Shown one piece after another: positions 1-9,117 of a stretch of 64,000 nt of DNA (positions within the stretch are counted from its first letter, which is position 1; each line of letters opens with the position of its first letter). Source of the DNA: Bilabrum cf. latius (Eukaryota); contig OZ237735.1 in NCBI GenBank assembly GCA_965178125.1, positions 248,001 to 312,000 on the forward strand, written 5' to 3'. Below the pieces are notes generated by a model. That model was not told the origin of the DNA and searched no databases. It saw only the letters and a program-made list of their open reading frames with translations. The position numbers and the translations under genes were made by a program.

Positions 1-473
1 TTGGCCCCCGGGCTCAGCACCCGCAGGTGCGTGGACGCCACCAGCTCCGCGCCCCCGCCCAGCGCGTGCCCCTCCACGAGCGACACCGTGGGGATGCACA
101 GCCCGCGCAGCCGGTCCAGCGCCCGCGTCATCACCCGGCTCATCGCGTCGCCCACCTCCGGGGTCGGGCCCACCGAGGATAGGTCGGCGCCCGAGCAGAA
201 CGTGCCGTCGGCGCCGCGGAGCACGACGGCCCGCGGGTGCAGCCGGCCGACGGCGCCCAGGTCCGTGGCAGAGGCGCACTCTGCGAGCGCATCGATGATG
301 CCATCCAGCTCGCACATCATGGATCCGCTGATGGCGTTCTTCCGGCGCGGGTTGCACAGGCAAAGCACAACTGCAACCGACGGCAGCTGCTTGCGGGGTC
401 CGGCGAGCCACGCGACCCTGTACCCGCGCACGGTGCCCCCTGCGAGAGACCGCAGCACGCTGCGATGCGCCAT
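1..473 (-). CDS. Enoyl-CoA hydratase/isomerase (crotonase) family, second copy, 5' part only (runs off window start)
   Basis: Bases 1-473 are near-identical to 2356-2828 (offset 2355). ATG at 473 and the frame is open to the window edge. Confidence 0.75.
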   Translation of the reverse strand, partial: MAHRSVLRSLAGGTVRGYRVAWLAGPRKQLPSVAVVLCLCNPRRKNAISGSMMCELDGIIDALAECASATDLGAVGRLHPRAVVLRGADGTFCSGADLSSVGPTPEVGDAMSRVMTRALDRLRGLCIPTVSLVEGHALGGGAELVASTHLRVLSPGA

Positions 474-638
474 CGAGCAAAAGGGGGGATGGAAACGGTG
501 GGGGGGGGGGCAGTTGCCAGGGATGGGGGAAACCTCGATGGGCTGGGTGGTCCCGGATGGGAAGCGGCGTCTACGACCGGTGCTGCCTGTGATTGCGCGT
601 GGTGGTCTGGATGCGGTGCGCAGGCCCGATCACCACAA

Positions 639-688
639 GCCCTCTTAGCTCAGTCGGTAGAGCGGACGACTCTTAATCGTCAGGCCGC
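639..688 (+). pseudogene. Truncated tRNA-Lys(CTT): 5' 50 nt only, no T-arm or 3' acceptor strand
   Basis: Identical to 2985-3034 (GCCCTCTTAGCTCAGTCGGTAGAGCGGACGACTCTTAATCGTCAGGCCGC), then diverges abruptly. Confidence 0.85.
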
Positions 689-739
689 TGGTGAGAGCGT
701 CGGCGGTGGACGCCATGGACAGGTCAGAACGAAGCATAT

Positions 740-1206
740 GATCAGCGCGAACGTCTCTGAGTTCTTCTCGGTGGAGGTGCATTTGAAACCACGCAGCTCT
801 GACGCCCGCACCCCTGCCTCTTGCACTGCTGGGCGAAAAGGCCTCCGCCGGTGGAGGAAGGCCGACGCAAGCTTTGCGCTCTGATCTGCGGCGGAAAGCA
901 GGCGAACCATGTCTGTGTAGCCGCCCCCAGAACATCAGGCAACTTGGCTCGAAGCAAGCAATCGGTCGTGCTGCCAAAGAGTCTTGGCCCCAAGACCCGG
1001 ACGGGCACCCCGCCTGGCAGCATTGGCCACCAGCAGCCCGCCGGGCCAGTGGCAGGGCTCCCTCCGCAGGGCCGGCCAGGAGCAACGCAAACGATCAGCG
1101 CGAACGTCTCTAAGAGTTCCTCTCGGTGGAGAAGCATTTGAAACCATGCAACTCCTACGCCCGCACCCCTGCCTCTTGCGCTGCTGAGCGAAAAGGCCTC
1201 CGCCGG
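740..1206. repeat. Imperfect direct repeat of about 113 bp (740-851 and 1093-1206)
   Basis: Both copies read GATCAGCGCGAACGTCTCT...GCATTTGAAACCA...CGCCCGCACCCCTGCCTCTTGC...GCGAAAAGGCCTCCGCCGG. Confidence 0.8.
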
Positions 1207-1475
1207 CCTCAGGGGGAGCCTCACCTCTCGTGCGCGCTCTAGGATTGCACTGTACTTGCACGCAATCCCAAAATAAGTTTTCTCTGCATAATTCCATTTT
1301 CTTTTTGTGAAGCAAAGTCGCCACCGCCCGCGCGGCACGGCTGTGCACGTGGGCCCCCCCCCTCTCGCAGCCGGCCCCTGTCTGCCACGTCCTCCACCCA
1401 CCCCCTACTGGCCCGGACTGGGCTGGCCTGGGCTGGCCTGGCATCGTGCCTTCTCCTCGGCATGTGGCGCAAGAC

Positions 1476-2828
1476 TCACAGCCGGCCCGCCTCCCGCAAA
1501 GCCTCCAGGTTGGCCTCCCCTCCCCACAGCGACAGGAACGCCTCCCTCTCCCCGTCGCTGCTCTCCTGCTCCCCGCGCTGCCGTTCCCTGCCGGACCCGC
1601 CCACCATCGACCGCTCCCGCCCCCTCCTGCCTCCCCTGGCCGCCGCCTCGATGGCTCGCATGGCCCCCCACAGGGGGGCGGGGTGCGACCCCGGGCCCCC
1701 CAGCAGCCGGTCCAGCTCGGCACGCACCGCCGCTGGCAGCAGAGCGTCCGCCATGCCGCCGCCGCTGCCGATGTCCCCCGCCCGCCCGCCCGCGGCACTG
1801 CCGCCGGAAGCACCACCGGTGCTCGGCAGCCTCGAGGAGGAGGAGGAGGAGGGGGCTGGTGCTGCTGCCAGCGGTGCTGCTGCTCGTGCTGCTGCTGCGT
1901 CGTCGGTCCCTGCCGCCGCCGACAGCAGCGCCTCCCCGCCCCCATCGCTCTCCCGCGCCGACGACCCCGCCCGCTCTCCTCTTCCTCCCGCTCCATCGCC
2001 ACCGTTCCCATCTCCAACCCCCGCCCAGAACAGGGGCAGCTGCGGGAGAGGCATGGCGGCGCCTCCTTCCCCGCCGGCGGGGGAGGCGGCAGAGGTGGAC
2101 TCCTCGCCGCCGCCGCCGCTGCCGCCGCCGAAGCATCTCCCGCCACCAGCGGCCGCGAGACGCTCGGGGGCCAGCGGCTCGATCTCGGACCCGAGCACCG
2201 CGTCGGCGAGGCCGACCCGCAGGGCGGCGCCGGCGTCCAGCGGGGGGGAGCCCAGCAGGAGCCTGCGGGCGGCCTGCTCGCCCACCAGGGACACCAGCCG
2301 CTCCGTGCCGCCCCAGCCCGTGCTCACGCCCATCTTGCGCTGCAGGAACCGGACCTTGGCCCCCGGGCTCAGCACCCGCAGGTGCGTGGACGCCACCAGC
2401 TCCGCGCCCCCGCCCAGCGCGTGCCCCTCCACGAGCGACACCGTGGGGATGCACAGCCCGCGCAGCCGGTCCAGCGCCCGCGTCATCACCCGGCTCATCG
2501 CGTCGCCCACCTCCGGGGTCGGGCCCACCGAGGAAAGGTCGGCGCCCGAGCAGAACGTGCCGTCGGCGCCGCGGAGCACGACGGCCCGCGGGTGCAGCCG
2601 GGTGACGGCGCCCAGGTCCGTGGCAGAGGCGCACTCTGCCAGGGCATCGATGATGCCATCCAGCTCGCACATCATGGATCCGCTGATGGCGTTCTTCCGG
2701 CGCGGGTTGCACAGGCAAAGCACAACTGCAACCGACGGCAGCTGCTTGCGGGGTCCGGCGAGCCACGCGACCCTGTACCCGCGCACGCTGCCCCCTGCGA
2801 GAGACCGCAGCACGCTGCGATGCGCCAT
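1476..2828 (-). CDS. Enoyl-CoA hydratase/isomerase family protein (ECHDC1/ethylmalonyl-CoA decarboxylase-like), with low-complexity insertion
   Basis: Motifs NPRRKNAISGSMM, FCSGADL, EGHALGGGAEL, KMGVSTGWGG. 450 aa, TGA stop. Confidence 0.85.
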   Translation of the reverse strand: MAHRSVLRSLAGGSVRGYRVAWLAGPRKQLPSVAVVLCLCNPRRKNAISGSMMCELDGIIDALAECASATDLGAVTRLHPRAVVLRGADGTFCSGADLSSVGPTPEVGDAMSRVMTRALDRLRGLCIPTVSLVEGHALGGGAELVASTHLRVLSPGAKVRFLQRKMGVSTGWGGTERLVSLVGEQAARRLLLGSPPLDAGAALRVGLADAVLGSEIEPLAPERLAAAGGGRCFGGGSGGGGEESTSAASPAGGEGGAAMPLPQLPLFWAGVGDGNGGDGAGGRGERAGSSARESDGGGEALLSAAAGTDDAAAARAAAPLAAAPAPSSSSSSRLPSTGGASGGSAAGGRAGDIGSGGGMADALLPAAVRAELDRLLGGPGSHPAPLWGAMRAIEAAARGGRRGRERSMVGGSGRERQRGEQESSDGEREAFLSLWGGEANLEALREAGRL

Positions 2829-2984
2829 CGGGGGGCGGGAACGGGAGGTACGGGGTTAAACCTCGATTTTGGGCTGGGTGGCCCGCGAGGTTGCGGAGGT
2901 TGGGAAAAAGCGGCGTCTACGACCGGTGCTGCCTGTGATTGCGCGTGGTGGTCTGGATGCGGTGCGCAGGCCCGGTCACCACAA

Positions 2985-3057
2985 GCCCTCTTAGCTCAGT
3001 CGGTAGAGCGGACGACTCTTAATCGTCAGGCCGCGGGATCGAGACCCGCAGGGGGTG
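2985..3057 (+). tRNA. tRNA-Lys, anticodon CTT
   Basis: 73-nt cloverleaf: acceptor GCCCTCT/AGGGGGT, D-stem GCTC/GAGC, anticodon stem GACGA/TCGTC with CTT at 3018-3020, T-stem GCGGG/CCCGC. A T-run follows. Confidence 0.92.
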
Positions 3058-3062
3058 ACTTC

Positions 3063-3115
3063 TCTTTTTTCTTTTTTTCCGTCTGTCGCTTTTTTATTTA
3101 TTTTTTTATTTTTTG
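3063..3115 (+). terminator. Oligo-T Pol III terminator tract after tRNA-Lys
   Basis: Several T6-T7 runs directly 3' of the tRNA in otherwise GC-rich DNA. Confidence 0.6.
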
Positions 3116-3258
3116 AAAGGATGGAGAGTGAGTGGTCCTGGCGTTTACTCGTTGCAGAGGCCTGAAGTGATTCGTTTGGTAATCGCAGCAAGGTACTCTC
3201 CCATTCGTCGTGAACTTCCTTTGTTCGACGCGTTGCACGGAAACACAGGGCGGGGCAG

Positions 3259-4878
3259 ATGGAACCACCACTGCCAGTGGCAGCAGCACTCGCCACCGAT
3301 GGCGCGGCCGCGCCTCTGGCCCGCGGCACCCTGGTGGTCTGGGACTTTGACCACTCGTACGTGAACGAGAACAGTGACATCTTTGTGTTCGAGAAGGACG
3401 CCCCGGGCCTCTTGGCGCGTGGCAGGAAGCTCGCGGCGAGCCACCAGTTCACCGACCTGATCGCCGCGGTCCTGCGAGCCGCGGCCGTTCGCGAGGGCGT
3501 CTCGGTGGAAGCCCTAAAGGCCCGGCAGGAAGAGATCCCCACCTTTCCGGAGTGCGTCCAGCTCGCCAAGGAGCTGCGAGCGGCCGGCTGCCGGCAGCTC
3601 GTGCTCAGCGACGCAAACACCTGCTTCATCGACTGGATCACCGAGGCGCACGGCACCCGCGGCTGCTTTCAGGACGTCATCACCAACCCTGCCGAGCTCT
3701 GCAGCACAGACGCGATCGATCCGGCCGCGCGAGCCGCCGACGCGGAGCTCTTCGCGCCCGGCGGCGGCGGCGTTCCGGCGGCCGAGGCGGCCGAGGCGGC
3801 GGCAGCCGCATCCTCCTCCTGCTGCCGCTAGCAGGAGGCGCCACAAAAGGCCGCCACCTTCGTCAAGCTGCAGCGGTACCAGCCCGCCGCCCGCCCGCAC
3901 CGCTGCACCGTGTGCCCGGTCAACCTGTGCAAGGGCCGCGCCCTGGCCGCGTGGCTCCTCCGGGGCCGCTGGCTGGGGGGAGCCACCGGCGGAGAGGAGG
4001 AGGAGCGGAGGAAGGAGGAGGAGGAGGAAACCAGCAGCCGCGCTAGTGCCCGTGCGGCTGCCGAGCCCGCACCCGCGGGTGCGGCAGGGGCACCGGCACC
4101 GGCGGTAGCAGGCGCAAAGACTGGCACTCCCCCCGGCACCATAGTCTCCGGCTCCTCAGGCACCAGCAGCTGGGACGGGGGCTCCGACCCCTAGTTCCCC
4201 TGCCCCTCGTCCGAGTGGTCTTCCTGGAGGCTCCCCCCTGGCAACGACGGCGCCAGGGGGCCGGGGCCGGCCGGGTCCCAGGCCGGGACACCAGCTGAAG
4301 GGGGTCCTGCCGGGGGAGGGGAGGAGGCGGCTGCTGCTCCTGCTGCTGCTGCTCCTGATGCTGCTGCTCCTGCCGCCGCCGCGGGACGTAAATGCGCCCC
4401 CTCTCCCCCTTCCCTGCCGACCACCATCGTGTACATCGGGGACGGGGGCAACGACGTGTGCCCCGTGGCGAGACTCCGAGGGGGGGGCGCCGACCTCGTG
4501 TGCGCGAGGGAGGGCTACAGGCTCGCCTCTAGGCTGCAGGGACTCCATGAGGGCGCGCCTGTGCCGCACCGCCGCGCCGAGGCCGAGGCCGAGGCCGAGG
4601 CGGAGCCAGCGGCTGACGGCGGCAAGCCCACGGAGGCCGCGGGGGCCGGGGCGGGGTCTGCCGCGCCGGGCAGCGGCCAGCCGCCCGCTGCTGGCCCCGC
4701 CCTCGCCAAAGAAGGGATCAGCTCGAAGGAGAGCGTCTGGGAGACGCCCGTCCGGGCCCAGGTGGCCACCTGGAAGGACGGGGCCCAGCTGAGGGAGGCC
4801 GTCCGTGGCTTCCTCGAGGCCAAGGGGGTGCGACTGCCGGTGGTGGCGGCGGGGGGCACCACGCCGGGGCCCGGCTGA
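3259..4878 (+). CDS. PHOSPHO1/PHOSPHO2-like HAD phosphatase, ~539 aa with 2 in-frame TAG
   Basis: ORFs 3259, 3910 and 4429 share one frame, separated only by TAG (3829, 4192). Family motifs are spread over all three pieces: WDFDHS, LSDANTCFI, HRCTVCPVNLCKG, VYIGDGGNDVCP. TGA stop. Confidence 0.88.
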
Positions 4879-4978
4879 TGCTGCGGGCCGGGGGCTGCCG
4901 CAGTCCGCGAGCTGGCTCGTGACGTGACGAGTGCGACCACCGTTCTTTCTCGCATCACAGCCCGCCAATTCCCCATGT

Positions 4979-5065
4979 CCCCGCGTTCGGCGTGCAGCCA
5001 GACCTGTCCACTTCTTCCCCCGCGTTCGGCGTGCAGCCAGACCTGTCCACTTCTTCCCCCGCGTT
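4979..5065. repeat. 39-bp tandem repeat, about 2 copies
   Basis: CCCCGCGTTCGGCGTGCAGCCAGACCTGTCCACTTCTTC repeated. Confidence 0.8.
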
Positions 5066-5154
5066 GCTGGTGGTGTCTGCATGCGCCCTGCCTCTGTGCC
5101 CGTCCCTGCGTGGCACTTCCGACGAAAGACCCCCGCAACAACACACGCGTTCAT

Positions 5155-5560
5155 CCCTCTCCCTTCCACTCCTTCTCCCGCTCCCCCCCGTCCCCTCTCC
5201 CTTCCACTCCTTCTCCCACTCCCCCCCGTCCCCTCTCCCTTCCACTCCTTCTCCCACTCCCCCCCGTCCCCTCTCCCTTCCACTCCTTCTCCCACTCCCC
5301 CCCGTCCCCTCTCCCTTCCACTCCTTCTCCCACTCCCACACAACCCCCCGCTCCCTTTATCAGCCGAGGTCCCCTCCACCACACCCTCAGCCACACAACC
5401 CCCCGCCCCCCCTTCTATCAGCCGAGGTCCCTCCACCACACCCTCGGCCACACAACCCCCCGCCCCCTTTATCAGCCGAGGTCCCCTCCACCACACCCTC
5501 AGCCACACAACCCCCCGCCCCCCCCTTCTATCAGCCGAGGTCCCTCCACCACACCCTCGG
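5155..5560. repeat. Compound C-rich minisatellite: 38-bp unit x ~5 (5155-5335), then ~57-bp unit x ~4 (5336-5560)
   Basis: Units approximately CCCTCTCCCTTCCACTCCTTCTCCCACTCCCCCCCGT and TATCAGCCGAGGTCCCTCCACCACACCCTCAGCCACACAACCCCCCGCCCCCCTT. Confidence 0.85.
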
Positions 5561-6559
5561 CCCCAGGTGCACGCCCGGAGCCACCACCGAGTTCCTCACC
5601 AGCCCCGCGGGGTGCAGCCGCCCCGCGACACCCAACCCCCCCTTGCCGAACCCCCCGCCACCGTCACCGCCGCCGCCGCCACTGCCCACCCTCGCCGCGT
5701 CCAGGCCCCGCTCCACCGCCCCGATGGAGCCCCTCTGCAGCTCCCGCCTGGCCCCCTCCGGGCCCCCCCTCAGCAGGCCCCCCGCCAGCCGCGCCGCCAT
5801 GCCGAGGGGCGCCATGCCGGACCGATCGAAAGAGAGGATGGAAGGAGACAAAGCGGACGAAGACCCCTCGCCCCAGCCAGGTGTTCCCTCCACCGCGCGG
5901 AGGGCCTCCAGCTCCAGCATGCGGCACTGCGGCTCGGTGAGCGGCTGCGCCAGCTGCCTCGACAGGATCTGCCTCGCCTTGGAGCACACGATGCGCTCGT
6001 CGAAGGGGCGCAGCTTGGGCCCGGAGAAGGTCTCTTCCAGGAGCATGTGCTCCCCGCGCACGCGCACCACGAGGGCGGCGTGGTCAAACTCGGAGCCGGA
6101 GACGGCTTTCTGCGCCAGGATCCACGCCGCGCCCAGCGGCAGGTACAGCGCGGGATCCCGGTTGAACACGACAATGTCGCCCGGCCGCACTCCCTCCGAC
6201 TGCAAGTCGTCTGCGGAAAACAGCAGCGGGATGATTGGGTGGAGGAGGGGGGTAGGGCTGGCTGCGTGTCAAGGGGGGGCGGTGGCTCTGACGGCTAGCT
6301 GGTGGCGAGCTCTTCTTGCTGCGCGCGCGGGCTGGAAACCACCAACACGCGTGTGCTGCTGCCTCCGGCCCAAACCTAGATGTAACGTTTTCTTAGCTAG
6401 CGCCCGCACAATTGGCGGCTGCCTCGACTCACCCGCCGAGCCAGGCGTGAAGCGCCTTCGCCTGCCCTGCGGCAGCACGGACCGCGATCGCATGACGCTG
6501 TACGAGTACCATCCCACGGCGGCGGTAGCAGCCGCGGCGCCGAGCTTTAGCTGCAGCAT
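5531..6559 (-). CDS. Hypothetical protein with permuted papain-like/NlpC-P60 (YiiX-like) N-terminal motifs; exons 6559-6433 and 6210-5531
   Basis: VRPGDIVVFNR...SEFDHAALVV...LLEETFSGPKLRPFDERI. GTGAGT..TTCCGCAG intron joins in phase. No clear catalytic Cys motif, and the 3' end (TGA 5531) lies in the minisatellite, so it is uncertain. Confidence 0.55.
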
Positions 6560-6649
6560 GGTGTTTTTATCTGCCGGGCAGACCGCGCCGTTCTCAGCCG
6601 CCCAAACGGCCAATAGACGCAGCGGTTGTTGCGTCCTCCGATAGGCATC

Positions 6650-6859
6650 TGTGTGAGGCATCTTTTTGGGGTCGAGTTGATCGGAGCAGCAACACGGAGC
6701 TGATTGTTTGTTTGCGGTGGTTTTGCCGGTGCGGCAGGCCCGCTGGGCCGATGGAGCGCGCCGAGCGCCTCCCGCGATGTCTGTGCCTTCGCTGACCGCG
6801 GCGGGTCCTGGAGAAGGCCACGGGCGAGACGCGCCTGGGCAGCTTGTACACGAGACGCA
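6650..6859 (+). pseudogene. Degenerate duplicate of the upstream region and first codons of the LRR gene (8988-9195)
   Basis: Shared TGTGTGAGGCATCT...GATCGGAGCAGCAAC...CCGAGCGCCTCCCGCGATGTCTGTGCCTTCGCTGAC...GGCCACGGGCGAGACGCGCCTGGGCAGCTT. The copy has a +1 frameshift after MSVPSLTAA. Confidence 0.8.
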
Positions 6860-7275
6860 AGAGAGACTAAAAAGTACCCGATCCCGAACGAGCCGCCTCC
6901 AAGCTACTGCAAGAAGGCAAAGCATTCGGGAGCAGGTGCGGCTTCTGCGTACATGGCCGTGCTCAATGGGGGCACGGACGGCGGCCCACGTACGCCCCAA
7001 ACACCAGCTTCACGCAGGCCCCCGTGGGAGGCAGCAGCGGCGGCAAGTCACCCACCCACCGGCGGTGGCAGCGAATCGGACCGAACAGGGTGCGAGCGAG
7101 GAGATGAGAGGATGCGCAATGTTGGAGGCTCCGCGCACAAACAAGTCCGCTGCCTCTCCGGGGAAGGAAAAAACCATCTGCCGGCTCCATGATCCGAGTG
7201 TGCGTTCGCCGAGTAGCTTGCAAACCGGACGCGGCAATACAATGGAACGACCGGGACGACGATGCCCGCCCGGTT

Positions 7276-7421
7276 GCATCGCACTGCATCGCTTCATTCG
7301 CACCTGCACCCGGCAGGCCCGCCCACCCTGCCGCTGCTCCAGTGGATGCAACGCACTGCATCGCTTCATTCGCACCTGCACCCGGCAGGCCCGTCCACCC
7401 TGCCGCTGCTCCAGTGGATGC
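7276..7421. repeat. ~71-bp tandem duplication including the stop codon region of the glycosidase gene
   Basis: CGCACTGCATCGCTTCATTCGCACCTGCACCCGGCAGGCCCG(C/T)CCACCCTGCCGCTGCTCCAGTGGATGCA twice. Confidence 0.85.
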
Positions 7422-8904
7422 AGGGCGTCCCCGGCCCCGCGCCCCCAGACTCGAGAGCCAAGCAGGCCTTGGTGCCCGACGCGAATGACCGAGACAGGCT
7501 CGTCTCCCAAGACGTCACAACAGCTCCATCGCCAGCCGCAACAGTCCCGCACGCGGAGGCAGCGCCTTTCGCGATGACGGCACCTGCACTGGAAGCTCCG
7601 AGGCGCGAGCGGTGACGACGTGCGACCAGCGCCGCATCCGCCAGAGTGGCGTTCCGAGCAGCCAACCTCCCCACCCGGCCCCCCGGGCACCGCAGCTCAG
7701 CCCTGATCGCCGCAGTCGCGCCAGACAAGGGAGCTCCCAAGGGAAGGTCGTACTGGGGGTACCAGTGGTCCCACCCACTCGTCACGCTCCAGCCGGGGGT
7801 GCAGCCAAAGTAGGAGTAAGGGCCGGCACCCATGAGGAATGCGGCCAGCGAGGCGTTGAACGCGTGCGGATTCTCATCGTTCGGCTCCCCGTGTGCCTCT
7901 GCTACGTGAGGGTACGAGTAGTTGGTGGACTGCTGCTGCAGGTCGCGGATGTCGGCCAACAAATCAGCCCTGTCGAAGTCTTTGTCCCCCCATCGCTCGT
8001 ACATGCGGCCGTTCACCTGAGATACGTCAGCAACACACGCATACCACAACGGGCGAAACAGGGAGTGGGCAGAACAACACGACTATGCGCAGGCTTTGCG
8101 GTGCTTTTCTGTTTCTCACGCCCGGGTTGTTGGCGTTGTTTAGGATGACAACGCCGTCTGCGAAGATCTCCTGCGCGCCCCTCTCGATCAGATCGTGGCC
8201 CTCGTCCCAGGCCTTTCGGCGGGCTGGAGAGAGGTTGCGGACGCTGGAGCCGTAGTAGTTCCCGCGGTCCAAAAACGCGCCATCGATCGCTCCCGACTGT
8301 TTGGCCTGGGCCAGGGTGTCCAGCCAGTACTCGCGGCAGCTCTCCTTCGAGTGATCGAACACGTACTGCCCCACTACTTTCACGTAATCGCCATTGTCGT
8401 CCTTGAGCCAGTTCTCCGGGTGGGCCTCCATAGTCTTGTGCAGGTTGTACATGTCCCAATCCATGATGGAATTGAGGTAGAAGAGCACCTTGGCGGTCGG
8501 GATGGCCTGCTTGATCTGCTTGGCTTCCCTTACTATTTTGGCCTCGGCATCCGTGCCAGCCGGGGCGACATGCGAGGACATGCCCTTTTCAATTGTTATC
8601 TGCGGCAAGGAGAGCACAGTCCTCGTTGCTATTGGTTGGTGTTGCCTCTCGACGACGTTTCACAATAGCTGTCGACTTTGTATCGTGGTGCGGTTAGCGA
8701 GCGCGCGAGACTGATTTGCAACAGTCTCACTAACGGAAATCGGTTCCCAATGAACGAGAGCTACGCTGGTGAGAATGGGCCAGATGCATTCGCGGAATGC
8801 CAGAACAGCGGGACCGTATCCCACGAGAAAGACGGGTAGTTCGACGGTACCGCAGAACCGAAGGCAGAATACGCTGCAAGCACGCAGATAGCGGTACTAT
8901 GCAT
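7366..8904 (-). CDS. Secreted glycoside hydrolase, GHL15/GH168-like; exons 8904-8731, 8599-8120, 8016-7366; ~434 aa, 1 in-frame TAG
   Basis: Signal-like MHSTAICVLAAYSAFGSA, then YPSFSWDTVPLFWH..FSPA*LSFIGNRFPL|ITIEKG, AKQIK..PTAKVLFYLNS, IDGAFLD, LAAFLMGAGPYSYFG, WYPQYDLPLGAPL. Two GTGAG..CAG introns join in phase. TAG at 8761-8763, TGA stop. Confidence 0.75.
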
Positions 8905-9117
8905 GGAACTAATGGCGGTTCAACCGGGTGACTGGCTACTGGCTGGCTTGAATAATGAAGCAACACGACCGACTTGCAGTTGCAGTGTGTGTGAGGCATC
9001 TGCGCCAGCGGTCGCGATGATCGGAGCAGCAACCTCGGTTTTGACTTTTGGTTGCGCTGGTTTGCCAGTGCGGCAAGCCCGCTGGGTCAAAACGAAGCGC
9101 ACCGAGCGCCTCCCGCG

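Noticed and set aside
689-1400. Transposon or SINE next to the truncated tRNA-Lys
   Set aside because: No terminal inverted repeats, target-site duplication, poly(A) tail or transposase/RT motifs were recognised. Only an internal direct repeat is supported.
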